From NCBI GenBank assembly GCA_964630235.1, contig CAZVUO010000001.1, positions 917,446 through 981,445 of the forward strand: a stretch of DNA of 64,000 bases, in the 5' to 3' direction. Positions within the stretch are counted from its first letter, which is position 1. Each line of letters starts with the position of its first letter. The DNA is from an uncultured bacterium. GTDB lineage: Bacteria > Oederibacteriota > JAAXVQ01 > JAUVAV01. This document shows positions 9,175-17,655 of the stretch, piece after piece. A program made the translations under genes and the position numbers. The notes under the pieces were generated by a model. The model worked only from the letters and a program-made list of their open reading frames with translations. It ran no database searches and was not told the DNA's origin.

Positions 9175-9605
9175 TGCCGCCGCTCGCGTCCACCGCTCTC
9201 CTGGCCCTGGGTCTGGTCGCCCTGCTCACCCTGCTGGCCCTCTGGCTGAAGCGTCTGGCGGAACGCACCCTGCCGGCCTGGACCCGCGCCAGCGCGCTGC
9301 AGCAGCTCTCCCGTTCCCATCCCGGCAAATCCCTGGAAGACATCGCCGTCATCCTGGCTGACCGCGAGCGGCGCTTCAGCCGCCTGCTCCCCTGGCTGCC
9401 GTGGCAGGCCCTGGCAGGTCTCGTCGCGGTCTGGCTCGCCTGGCGGTTCCTGGCGCCGCCGCAGAGCGTGTTCTGGCGGACCCTGGCCCAGAACTTCGGC
9501 GTGTTCTTTTTCATGCTCCTGGCCATGCTCCCGCTCTTCTACATCCTCCGGGACCTTCAGCGCGCCACCCTGAAGCGCGTGCAGGAGCTGGCCGGGAAGC
9601 GGTAA
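9174..9605 (+). CDS. Small hypothetical membrane protein (3-4 TM helices)
   Basis: Hydrophobic helices. ATG overlaps the stop of the GT4 gene (TGATG), so it is probably cotranscribed with the glycosyltransferases. Confidence 0.5.
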   Translation: MPPLASTALLALGLVALLTLLALWLKRLAERTLPAWTRASALQQLSRSHPGKSLEDIAVILADRERRFSRLLPWLPWQALAGLVAVWLAWRFLAPPQSVFWRTLAQNFGVFFFMLLAMLPLFYILRDLQRATLKRVQELAGKR

Positions 9606-9697
9606 AGCCGTCCGATAAAAAGGCGTAATAAACCCCGCCCCTGCCTGGTCTAATTTGATGCGGCCCCATTGCGCTCCTGTGTAGGAGGGATCAAAAC

Positions 9698-11092
9698 ATG
9701 CTGCGAACAGGCTGGGTTCTCGCGCTGGTCTTGGCTTATCCTGCGGTAGGGATGGCGGCCTTGACCTACCAGGACCATCCCCGCGCTGACAGCGACCTGG
9801 TCGAACGCGCGGTGTTTTCCGGCGCGCAGGAGGTCGCCAGGCTCGCGCTGGACGGGAACGGGAACGTGATCCGCTCCACGGGAACGGTACCGGATGGCGT
9901 AGCCGAATACTACGATAAAGACCAACGCCTGCGCGGCCGCCTCACGTTCCAGGGCGGGGTGCTGTCAGGACCTGCCGCGACCTACTATCCGGATGGAACC
10001 CTATACCTGGAAGCGAATTACACCGGGAACCGGCTGCACGGCGCCTACCGGCTATACGACGCGCAGGGCAGGTTGAAGACCGATTACCGCTTCCAGGACG
10101 GACGGCTGGACGGGGAACAGAAAGTCTACTACGACAGCGGCCAGCTCATGAGCCGGTCCCGCTACAGTTACGGCGTCAAGGACGGTCCGCTCCTCATGTA
10201 CCACGAGAACGGACGCGTCGCGTATAAAAGCGACTATCACCAGGGACACCAGCTGCGACGTGCGGAGTTCGACGAGGACGGCCGTGAGATCGGGACCCGG
10301 CCCGGTCCCTCCGCCGGCCCTCCGGACGCGGAAGAACCGGCTGTCGAAACCGGCGCCGGCGCGGCCGTGGAACCCGAGGCGCAGCTGACTGAGACCAGGG
10401 CAGAAACCCCCGATGGGGGAGGCGGGCACCGAGCCTCAGACCGCTGGCAGGGCAGGATCGTGATCTTCGGCAGCGTGCCTTCGGCGGCTTTTTCCATGGC
10501 CCGAGTCAATGCCTACTTGAACGACTGGGATGAATTCCTGAACTATTACGGCGTGCGTTCCAGCCTGGGTCTGGCGGCGCAGTCTACCTTTACCGGCGGG
10601 GCGGGGTACTGGGTCAGCGATGCGGTCTTCGCGGGGTTTGAAGGGGAAGTACTGAGCTGTGAAACCTCATCTGGCGGCGATCAGCTGGGGGTGGATTTCC
10701 GCGCGCGGGCTCTGGAACTGGGGGCGTTTGTCCAGGTCGGCACCCATGTGCCGCCGCATGTGTTTATGGCCGGCTTGGGAGGCTACAGTGTCACTCTGAT
10801 CGATGCCTGGGAGTACCTGCATCTCAACGCGGTCGGTTATAGCGACGCCTTCCGGGTTTTTCACGGTTCGACCCTGGGTTTAAAATTCATGGCTGGGTAT
10901 CAGGTCGAGTTGGCGCCATTTTTTGGACTGGGAGTGGATCTGGGCTACCGCCTGGCCGCGATCAACGACGTGACCTTTACGGCGGATAATTACCAGGAGG
11001 AGCCGTTTATCTACGCCGGCGATCCCATCAACCTCGATTTCAGCGGCTTCTACGTCCGCGCGGGTCTCCGCCTGTATTTTCAGACCCGGTGA
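9698..11092 (+). CDS. Secreted protein: N-terminal MORN/YwqK-type repeats fused to a C-terminal outer-membrane beta-barrel-like domain
   Basis: Signal peptide. Repeats of YYxxGxLxxExxYxxGxxxG, a Pro/Glu/Ala-rich linker, then about 220 aa with an alternating hydrophobic pattern ending LRLYFQTR. AGGAGGG RBS. Confidence 0.6.
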   Translation: MLRTGWVLALVLAYPAVGMAALTYQDHPRADSDLVERAVFSGAQEVARLALDGNGNVIRSTGTVPDGVAEYYDKDQRLRGRLTFQGGVLSGPAATYYPDGTLYLEANYTGNRLHGAYRLYDAQGRLKTDYRFQDGRLDGEQKVYYDSGQLMSRSRYSYGVKDGPLLMYHENGRVAYKSDYHQGHQLRRAEFDEDGREIGTRPGPSAGPPDAEEPAVETGAGAAVEPEAQLTETRAETPDGGGGHRASDRWQGRIVIFGSVPSAAFSMARVNAYLNDWDEFLNYYGVRSSLGLAAQSTFTGGAGYWVSDAVFAGFEGEVLSCETSSGGDQLGVDFRARALELGAFVQVGTHVPPHVFMAGLGGYSVTLIDAWEYLHLNAVGYSDAFRVFHGSTLGLKFMAGYQVELAPFFGLGVDLGYRLAAINDVTFTADNYQEEPFIYAGDPINLDFSGFYVRAGLRLYFQTR

Positions 11093-11094
11093 CC

Positions 11095-11240
11095 TCCATC
11101 CCCTCCGCGGGGGGTGAATGCGGAATGGTTGCTCCGTGGATGTCGCCAAGAGGGGGTAGCGAGGGGTGCGGTTGGTATCCCGGTGGGAGCCCTTCGGTCC
11201 CCAAAGGGACTTCTTTCAGTCGCCGGGGGGCTCCATCGCT
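11095..11240 (+). repeat. F-family repeat, copy 1 (in the dnaE/polC leader)
   Basis: CCCCTCCGCGGGGGGTGAATGCGGAAT..GGATGTCGCCAAGAGGGGGTAGCGAGGGGTG...cUUCGg hairpin...GGGGGGCTCCAT. Confidence 0.7.
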
Positions 11241-11320
11241 TCCGCAGGACATTCCGGGTCCTCCAGGTAAAATATTCAAAAAAAGATTTTCTGTTCATTT
11301 GTGGATTTTTTGCTACAATG

Positions 11321-11329
11321 TTTTTGAAT
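11321..11329 (+). promoter_or_regulatory. Putative extended -10 promoter element (TGcTACAAT) in an AT-rich block upstream of polC
   Basis: The only AT-rich stretch in the intergenic region (11270-11340), about 120 nt upstream of the polC start. Confidence 0.3.
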
Positions 11330-11456
11330 TGGTGCGTGCTACCGCGGTCATTCACGACTCTCTCTCCCCAGCCAGTGACAGACCTCCTCCCCTGCGCCGA
11401 ATGCCGCGTGCCGGATATATGTCAGCGCCGCCTCAACCACTCGGCTGGAGTCGCGG

Positions 11457-14400
11457 ATGAGCCCGGAAATCATTGTCGAACCCGCTGGCCTGACACCCCG
11501 GTTGCAGACCCTGATCGAGAACCTTGACCTTTCCCCCGAACATAAAAAGACCCTCCTGGACGCCCAAATCCGTTCCATCCGCATCAGCGCCCAGCCGGCC
11601 TTGCTCATCGTCCGCCTGGACGCCGCGCAGCTCCTGCCCGCCGACGGCCTGGAACAGCTGCGCGCCCGTCTCGGCGAGATGCTGGAAACCAGCGGCGGGA
11701 CGCAGATGGTGTGGGATGTGTACTATCCCGAGGGCGCCGTGACGCCCGCCCAATACTTGGAGGCCCACTGGCACGACCTGCTTGGCATCCTGTCCCGGCA
11801 CGTGCAAATGGCCCGCGCGTATCTGTCCCTGATCCAGGTGTCCAACGGCGAGCCCAATCGCCTGCGCCTGGCTCTGCCCAATGCCATGACCCTTTCCGCC
11901 CTGCAGCGCCAGTCCGGCGACAAAATCTTGAGCCAGCTCCTTACCGAACGCCTGAGCCGGGCCGTGAGCGTGCGCTTCGAGATCGGCCACTTCGAGGAAG
12001 AGCTCAAGCGCCGCGAGGCCCTGTACCAGAAGCGCCTGCGCGAGGAACTGGAGCGCATTCAGAACGAGAGCGCTGACGCACCCGCGGCCGGAACCGCCGC
12101 CTGCGAGGGCGGTCCGGCCTCGGCCCCCGCCCCCCTGCGCGTGCTCTTGGGACGCAAAATCGCCAGCCCGCCCCGCCCCATCGCGAGCCTCACGGAAGAA
12201 GAGGACCAGGTGGTGCTGGAGGGCGAGCTCATCACTTTCGAATGCAAGACCTTGCGCACCGGCCGCCAGCTCGCCCTCATGGACGTGTACGACAAGACCG
12301 GCACCTTGAACGCGCGCCTGTTCGTGGACGCCGGCAAAACGCTCTCCCCGGAGATCAAGGTCGGCGCCTACGTGCGGATGCGGGGCACCCTGCAGTTCGA
12401 TAAATTTTCCCGCGACCTGTGCCTGCTGGTGCGGGACGTCTCCCTCGGCGCCAAACCCGAGCGGCGGGACTGCGCCGCGGAAAAGCGGATCGAGCTCCAC
12501 GCCCACTCCCATATGAGCGCCATGGACGCCCTGGTCGGCGTGACCCAGCTGGTGGCCCGGGCCGCGGCCTTTGGCCATCCGGCCGTGGCCTTGACCGACC
12601 ACGGCGTGGTGCAGGGCTTTCCCGAAGCCATGGCCGCGGGAGAGAAACACAAGATCAAGGTCATCTACGGCATGGAAGGCTACCTGGTGGAGGACGAATG
12701 GCTCGGCATCAAACCGCCGCAGAAACCGCCCCGGCCTTACCATATCTGCCTGCTGGTGGCCGAACCCCGCGGCATTCGCAACCTCTACCATCTGGTGTCG
12801 GAAGCTCACCTCGGTCACTTTTATTACCATCCGCGCATTCCCCGGTCCTTGCTGGAGAAATACCGCGAAGGACTGCTGCTGGGCTCGGCCTGCGAGCAGG
12901 GCGAGCTCTTCCGCCGCCTGCGCGAGGGCGCCGCGGGGGAAGAACTCGAAACCATCGCCCGGCGCTACGACTATTTGGAGATCATGCCGCGCGAGAACAA
13001 CCGGTTCCTCATCCGTGAGGGCCTCGTGGCCGGCGAGGACAAGCTCCTGGCCATGAACCAGCGGATCTATGAACTGGGGAAGCGGCTGGGGCTGCCCGTG
13101 GCGGCCACGGGCGATGTGCATTTTCTCGAACCCGGGGACGAAGTGTTCCGCTCGATCCTCCACGCGGGCATGGGTTATGCGGACGCGGACCTGCAGGCGC
13201 CGCTGTATTTCAAGACCACCGAAGAGATGCTCGGGGAGTTCGCCTATCTGGGCCCTGACGGCGCGTACGACGCGGTCGTGGCCGCTCCGCGCAAAATCGC
13301 GGAGCGGATCGGCGACATCCAGCCCGTGAAGAAAAAGTTCCATCCCCCCAAACTGCCCCGGGCCGAGGAGGAGCTCAAATCCACGGCCCTGGCCAGGGCC
13401 CGCGAGGTGTACGGCGGTTCCCTGCCCGAAGAGGTGGAGAAGCGCCTCCGGCGGGAGATCACGGCCATCACCAAGAACCACTTTGCCTCGCTCTTCATGA
13501 TCGCGCGGCGCCTGGTGCAGAAATCCCTGGCGGACGGCTACCTGGTCGGCTCGCGCGGCTCCGTGGGCTCCTCTCTCACGGCCACCATGCTGGGTATCAC
13601 GGAGGTCAACCCCTTGCCCGGGCATTATCTGTGCACCGCCTGCCGGCACCATGCGTTTCCGGGAGACGGCCGCATCGGGCCCGACCTGCCGGACAAGTCC
13701 TGCCCGGCTTGCGGCCAGGTCATGGAAAAGGAGGGGTTTGACATCCCCTTCGAGGTCTTTATGGGTTTCGAGGGTGATAAACTGCCGGATATTGACCTGA
13801 ATTTTTCGGGAGAGTATCAGGCCAAGGCGCACAAGGCCCTGGAGGAAATATTCGACCGCGCGCATATTTTCCGCGCGGGCACCATTTCCACGGTGGCCGA
13901 CCGCATTGCCTACGGATTTGTCAAAAAATACCTCGAGGACAACAAACTGGTGGTGCGGGAGGCCGAGGTCAACCGGCTCACCCGCGGCTGCGCCGGCGTC
14001 AAGAAAACCACGGGCCAGCACCCGGGCGGCATCATGATCGTGCCGCAGGACATGGAAATTTATGATTTCACGCCCGTGCAGCGGCCGGCCGACGACCGCA
14101 GTTCGGAGATCGTGACCACCCACCTGGACTACCACGCCATTCACGACGCGCTGCTCAAGCTGGACCTGCTCGGCCATGACGATCCCACGTCCCTCAAGCG
14201 CCTGGGCGATCTGACCGGCGTGGACGTGCGCTCCATCCCGCTCGACGATCCGGAGACTCTGGCCATTTTTTCGGGCGTCTCCAGCCTGGGGCTCGCGGCC
14301 GAGGCCATCGGCACGCCCATCGGCACCTTGGGCATTCCGGAGTTCGGCACCGAATTTGTGCGCCAGATGCTGGAAGCCACCCGGCCCAAGCTGTTTTCCG

Positions 14401-15209
14401 AGCTGGTCCGGATCTCCGGACTCTCGCACGGAACGGATGTGTGGCTGAACAACGCCGCGGACCTGATTCGCGAGAAGACCGCCACGCTGTCCACGGTCAT
14501 CTCGGCGCGCGACGACATCATGAATTACCTGATTACCCGCGGCATGGATCCGGCCCAGGCATTCAAGATCATGGAATCCGTGCGCAAGGGCAAAGGCCTG
14601 TCGCCTGAACAGGAGCAGAGCATGCGCGATGCGGCGGTGCCGTCCTGGTACATTGACTCCTGCAAGAAGATCAAGTACATCTTTCCCAAAGCCCACGCCG
14701 TGGCCTACTGCCTGATGGCCTTCCGCATCGCGTATTTCAAGGTACACCATCCCACGGCTTTCTACGCCAACTACTTCACCCTGAACGCGGAGTTCTTCGA
14801 CGCCCAGCTGGTGGCGCGCAGCGGCGCGCAGAAAGTGGCCGAGCGGATCCAGGAACTGCGCGGCCTGCAGGACGCCACGGCCAAGGACAAGCACACCCTG
14901 ACCGTGCTGGAAGTGGCGCGTGAGGCGTTCGCCCGCGGCCTGCGCTTCAAACCCGTGTCGCTGATGGAGTCGGACCCGGCGAAGTTCCTGATTGTGGCCG
15001 AAGGCGTACTGCTCCCGCCCCTGGTTTCACTCTCGGGCCTGGGCGCGACCTGCGCCCAGCGCATCGTGGAGGAACGGTCCAAAACCTCATTCCGCTCCAT
15101 CGAGGATCTCTCGCGCCGCACGGGCGCCAACAAGAACGTGGTCGAGATCCTCATCCAGCACGGCTGCCTCGGCATCCTCCCCAAGACCGACCAGACCACC
15201 CTGTTTTAA
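11457..15209 (+). CDS. polC: PolC-type DNA polymerase III alpha subunit, apparently lacking the 3'-5' exonuclease insertion
   Basis: N-terminal domain, then an OB fold, then a PHP domain (IELHAHSHMS). PolC-specific GSRGSVGSSLTATMLGITEVNPLP and the CxxC...CxxC zinc module. C-terminal tandem HhH. 1250 aa, with no FDxETTG exonuclease motif between the PHP halves. Confidence 0.85.
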   Translation: MSPEIIVEPAGLTPRLQTLIENLDLSPEHKKTLLDAQIRSIRISAQPALLIVRLDAAQLLPADGLEQLRARLGEMLETSGGTQMVWDVYYPEGAVTPAQYLEAHWHDLLGILSRHVQMARAYLSLIQVSNGEPNRLRLALPNAMTLSALQRQSGDKILSQLLTERLSRAVSVRFEIGHFEEELKRREALYQKRLREELERIQNESADAPAAGTAACEGGPASAPAPLRVLLGRKIASPPRPIASLTEEEDQVVLEGELITFECKTLRTGRQLALMDVYDKTGTLNARLFVDAGKTLSPEIKVGAYVRMRGTLQFDKFSRDLCLLVRDVSLGAKPERRDCAAEKRIELHAHSHMSAMDALVGVTQLVARAAAFGHPAVALTDHGVVQGFPEAMAAGEKHKIKVIYGMEGYLVEDEWLGIKPPQKPPRPYHICLLVAEPRGIRNLYHLVSEAHLGHFYYHPRIPRSLLEKYREGLLLGSACEQGELFRRLREGAAGEELETIARRYDYLEIMPRENNRFLIREGLVAGEDKLLAMNQRIYELGKRLGLPVAATGDVHFLEPGDEVFRSILHAGMGYADADLQAPLYFKTTEEMLGEFAYLGPDGAYDAVVAAPRKIAERIGDIQPVKKKFHPPKLPRAEEELKSTALARAREVYGGSLPEEVEKRLRREITAITKNHFASLFMIARRLVQKSLADGYLVGSRGSVGSSLTATMLGITEVNPLPGHYLCTACRHHAFPGDGRIGPDLPDKSCPACGQVMEKEGFDIPFEVFMGFEGDKLPDIDLNFSGEYQAKAHKALEEIFDRAHIFRAGTISTVADRIAYGFVKKYLEDNKLVVREAEVNRLTRGCAGVKKTTGQHPGGIMIVPQDMEIYDFTPVQRPADDRSSEIVTTHLDYHAIHDALLKLDLLGHDDPTSLKRLGDLTGVDVRSIPLDDPETLAIFSGVSSLGLAAEAIGTPIGTLGIPEFGTEFVRQMLEATRPKLFSELVRISGLSHGTDVWLNNAADLIREKTATLSTVISARDDIMNYLITRGMDPAQAFKIMESVRKGKGLSPEQEQSMRDAAVPSWYIDSCKKIKYIFPKAHAVAYCLMAFRIAYFKVHHPTAFYANYFTLNAEFFDAQLVARSGAQKVAERIQELRGLQDATAKDKHTLTVLEVAREAFARGLRFKPVSLMESDPAKFLIVAEGVLLPPLVSLSGLGATCAQRIVEERSKTSFRSIEDLSRRTGANKNVVEILIQHGCLGILPKTDQTTLF

Positions 15210-15251
15210 TTAATCCATATGCCTCCGCAGGGGCGGACCCCTGTGTCCGCC

Positions 15252-15285
15252 CAAAAAGAAAAAGGGCAGGCACATAGGCCTGCCC
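15252..15285 (-). terminator. Rho-independent terminator for the minus-strand murB-GNAT operon
   Basis: GGGCAGGC-ctatgt-GCCTGCCC hairpin on the minus strand followed by TTTTTCTTTTT. About 70 nt downstream of the GNAT stop. Confidence 0.55.
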
Positions 15286-15353
15286 CTACGAAAAATATCA
15301 GGATATTTGCAAATGGATGGTAGGGGCGGCTCTGCGTGGCCGCCCGAACATGG

Positions 15354-15863
15354 TTATATGTTTACGTTGAGTGCCAGCCAGCGCTTATCCGCCAGCACCA
15401 CCGAGGTTTCGCGGTGCGTGGGCGTGAGCTGCCAGTAGCGTTCCAGGAGCGCCCAGCCCTGTTCCCGCGGCAGGAGGGTGAAGCCGTGGCGCTGGTAAAA
15501 ACGGAGGGCCCAACCGGCCGCGGCCCAGGTGCCGACCAGCACGGGGGTCGTGCCGGCGCGGGACAGCAGGTGGCCGAGCAAGCGTCCGCCCACGCCGGAC
15601 CGCTGGCAGGCCGTGCGCACGTAGGCGTGGCGGATCAGCATCACGTCGCCTTTGTCCTGCAGGCCCATGACGCCGGTCAGCCGGCCGTTGTCCTCGTACA
15701 CCCAGAACTCCACCCCGGCCGCGATCTCGTGTTCCACCTCGGAAGGCGTGAAGTACGGCTCATGCCAGCATGCGGACGGGATCACGCCGCGGTAAGCCCG
15801 GGCCGCGTCCGCGACGATGTCCGCGATCATATAGGCTTCCTGGATATCAGCCGGCCGGATCAT
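15354..15863 (-). CDS. GNAT family N-acetyltransferase
   Basis: Acetyl-CoA binding pattern (RSGVGGRLLGHLL). Start MIRPADIQ. ATGA overlap with the murB stop. Confidence 0.7.
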   Translation of the reverse strand: MIRPADIQEAYMIADIVADAARAYRGVIPSACWHEPYFTPSEVEHEIAAGVEFWVYEDNGRLTGVMGLQDKGDVMLIRHAYVRTACQRSGVGGRLLGHLLSRAGTTPVLVGTWAAAGWALRFYQRHGFTLLPREQGWALLERYWQLTPTHRETSVVLADKRWLALNVNI

Positions 15864-16774
15864 GGCACCACCCGGACCTCGGGCTCCAGCCGGACCTGGT
15901 GCCGGTCCCACACGCTCCGGCTGATCACCTCCATCAGCGCCAGCACGTCGGCCGTGGTGCCCGTGCCCGTGTTGACGATGAAATTGGCGTGGCGCTCATA
16001 GACTTTCACGCCGCCGACCTGCCGGCCTTTCAAGCCGCAGGACTCGATCAACGAGCCGGCCGAACGGTTGGAAGCGTAGTCGTTCTTGAACACGCAGCCG
16101 GCCGAGGGCAGGAGGAACTGGCCCTTCTGTTCGCGGTCCTGCCGGTTCGCCGCGCCCTGGGCGCGGATGCGTTCCGGGTCCCCGGGCGAGAGCAGGAGCG
16201 AAGCGCGCACGATGATCCACGGCCGGGTCTGGAAGACCGAGGCCTTGTATCCGAATCCGCAGTCCGCGGGCTTGAGCGTGCGCAGTTCGCCTTGGTCGGT
16301 CAGCACTTCCACCTCGGCGATGATGTCCGCGAAGGACGCGCCGTAACAGCGGGCGTTCATGTAAACGCCACCGCCCACGCTGCCCGGCAGGCCGTTGGCC
16401 CATTCGAACCCGGTCCACCCGTGCGCTTCGGTCCAGGCGGTCACTTCCTCGTTGGCCACGCCTGCCGCAACGCTGACCCAGTTGCCTGGCACCGGGCCTA
16501 GGGACTTCAGGTTCTTGGTGGACAGCACCAGCCCCGGAAAGCCATCGTCCCGGAACAACACGTTCGAGCCGCCGCCGAGCAGGAACCAGGGCAGCCGGTG
16601 CTGCCGGCATACGGCCAGGGCCGCGGCCAGGGCCTGGACGGTAAAGGGCGCGGCGAAATACCGGGCCGGCCCGCCCAGCCGGAACGTGCACTCCTGGGAC
16701 AGGGAGTGGTCGGTCAAGACCGGGGACTGAGCGGCTTGGGAGAGCTCTTTAAATATGGATTCCTGATTCGCCAT
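15860..16774 (-). CDS. murB: UDP-N-acetylenolpyruvoylglucosamine reductase MurB
   Basis: FAD-binding N-terminal domain (LGGGSNVL) and a MurB C-terminal domain. ATG start (MANQESIF) with a GAGG RBS. Confidence 0.9.
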   Translation of the reverse strand: MANQESIFKELSQAAQSPVLTDHSLSQECTFRLGGPARYFAAPFTVQALAAALAVCRQHRLPWFLLGGGSNVLFRDDGFPGLVLSTKNLKSLGPVPGNWVSVAAGVANEEVTAWTEAHGWTGFEWANGLPGSVGGGVYMNARCYGASFADIIAEVEVLTDQGELRTLKPADCGFGYKASVFQTRPWIIVRASLLLSPGDPERIRAQGAANRQDREQKGQFLLPSAGCVFKNDYASNRSAGSLIESCGLKGRQVGGVKVYERHANFIVNTGTGTTADVLALMEVISRSVWDRHQVRLEPEVRVVP

Positions 16775-16874
16775 GCCTGACCTCGAGGACAAACCTTGCC
16801 ATCGAGGGTATCATCGCACACCTGTATGAGGATTCAAAGCGGAAAACGGTTTAAAAGCAAGCTTAAAAGTGCCA

Positions 16875-16903
16875 TTGACATTTGTGGACAAAAGGATCAA
16901 AAT
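16875..16903 (+). promoter_or_regulatory. Putative sigma-70 promoter for the regulator/Ehr-like operon (TTGACA-N17-CAAAAT)
   Basis: Perfect -35 about 50 nt upstream of the regulator ATG, in the divergent region with murB. Confidence 0.35.
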
Positions 16904-16953
16904 GACCATCTTTTAGACAGGCGGAGAAAAATGTCAGTAGCCAAGAGGATTCC

Positions 16954-17655
16954 ATGGAATTATCCGTCAGGGAAGTCGCCAAACTCCTGAAAGTATCCGA
17001 AAAGACGGTCTACCGGTGGATTGCGGAAAAAAAATTGCCGGCCTTCCGCATCCACGACCAGTACCGGTTCAACCGGGTGGAATTGCTGGAGTGGGCCACG
17101 ACCCGCCGCTTGAACGTTTCCCCGGAAATCTTCGCCGAACCTTCCTCTGAAGCGCCCTTGCCCAGCCTGGCCGAGGCCCTGCAGGCCGGCGGCGTTTATT
17201 ACCGCATCGCCGGCCAAACCCGCGATGAAGTCCTGGCCGCCGTGGTCGAGCACATGCGCCTGCCTGATGCGGTGGACCGGAAGTTCCTGCTGCAAGTGCT
17301 GCAGGCGCGCGAGGAACTGGGCTCCACGGCCATCGGCGAGGGCATCGCCATTCCGCACGTCCGCAATCCCGTGGTCCTGCACGTGGGGCAGCCGACCATC
17401 ACCCTCAGTTTCCTGGAAACGCCGGTGCCGTTCGGCGCGCTGGACGGCCAGCCCGTGCGGGCCCTGTTCACGCTGATCAGTCCCACGGTCCGCGCCCACC
17501 TGCACATGCTGTCGCGCTTGGGGTTCGCGCTGCGCGACCCGGAGCTCAAGCGGCTGGTGCGGGAGCAAAGCCTGCGCGAGAAAATCTTCTCCGCCGTGTC
17601 GGCCGTGGAACAGGCGTTGACCGAGGCCGAATCCAGGGAGGGAAGCGGTTCATGA
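16954..17655 (+). CDS. Transcriptional regulator: N-terminal excisionase/MerR-like HTH fused to a PTS EIIA(Ntr)/fructose-type domain
   Basis: AKLLKVSEKTVYRWI helix-turn-helix. C-terminal GSTAIGEGIAIPH signature with the phosphorylatable His. Stop overlaps the start of the next gene (ATGA). Confidence 0.75.
   Translation: MELSVREVAKLLKVSEKTVYRWIAEKKLPAFRIHDQYRFNRVELLEWATTRRLNVSPEIFAEPSSEAPLPSLAEALQAGGVYYRIAGQTRDEVLAAVVEHMRLPDAVDRKFLLQVLQAREELGSTAIGEGIAIPHVRNPVVLHVGQPTITLSFLETPVPFGALDGQPVRALFTLISPTVRAHLHMLSRLGFALRDPELKRLVREQSLREKIFSAVSAVEQALTEAESREGSGS

Noticed and set aside
11095-11240. The F-family elements were considered as tmRNA, RNase P RNA or tRNA-like (because of the GGGG... 5' end and the GGCTCCA 3' end).
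   Set aside because: There is no tRNA-like T-arm (GTTCRANTC) or acceptor pairing. The sequence continues unlike the RNase P P4 region (GGGCUCCAUAGGGCA not matched beyond CTCCA). It is multicopy and sits in 5' leaders.
11433-14894. 1153-aa ORF on the minus strand antisense to polC. Similar long antisense ORFs exist opposite infB (26436-28586), proS (5002-6687), the Ehr genes, polA and rho.
   Set aside because: These are typical of high-GC DNA, where stop codons are rare in antisense frames. They have no motifs and fully overlap well-supported genes. Codon position bias favours the + strand genes.
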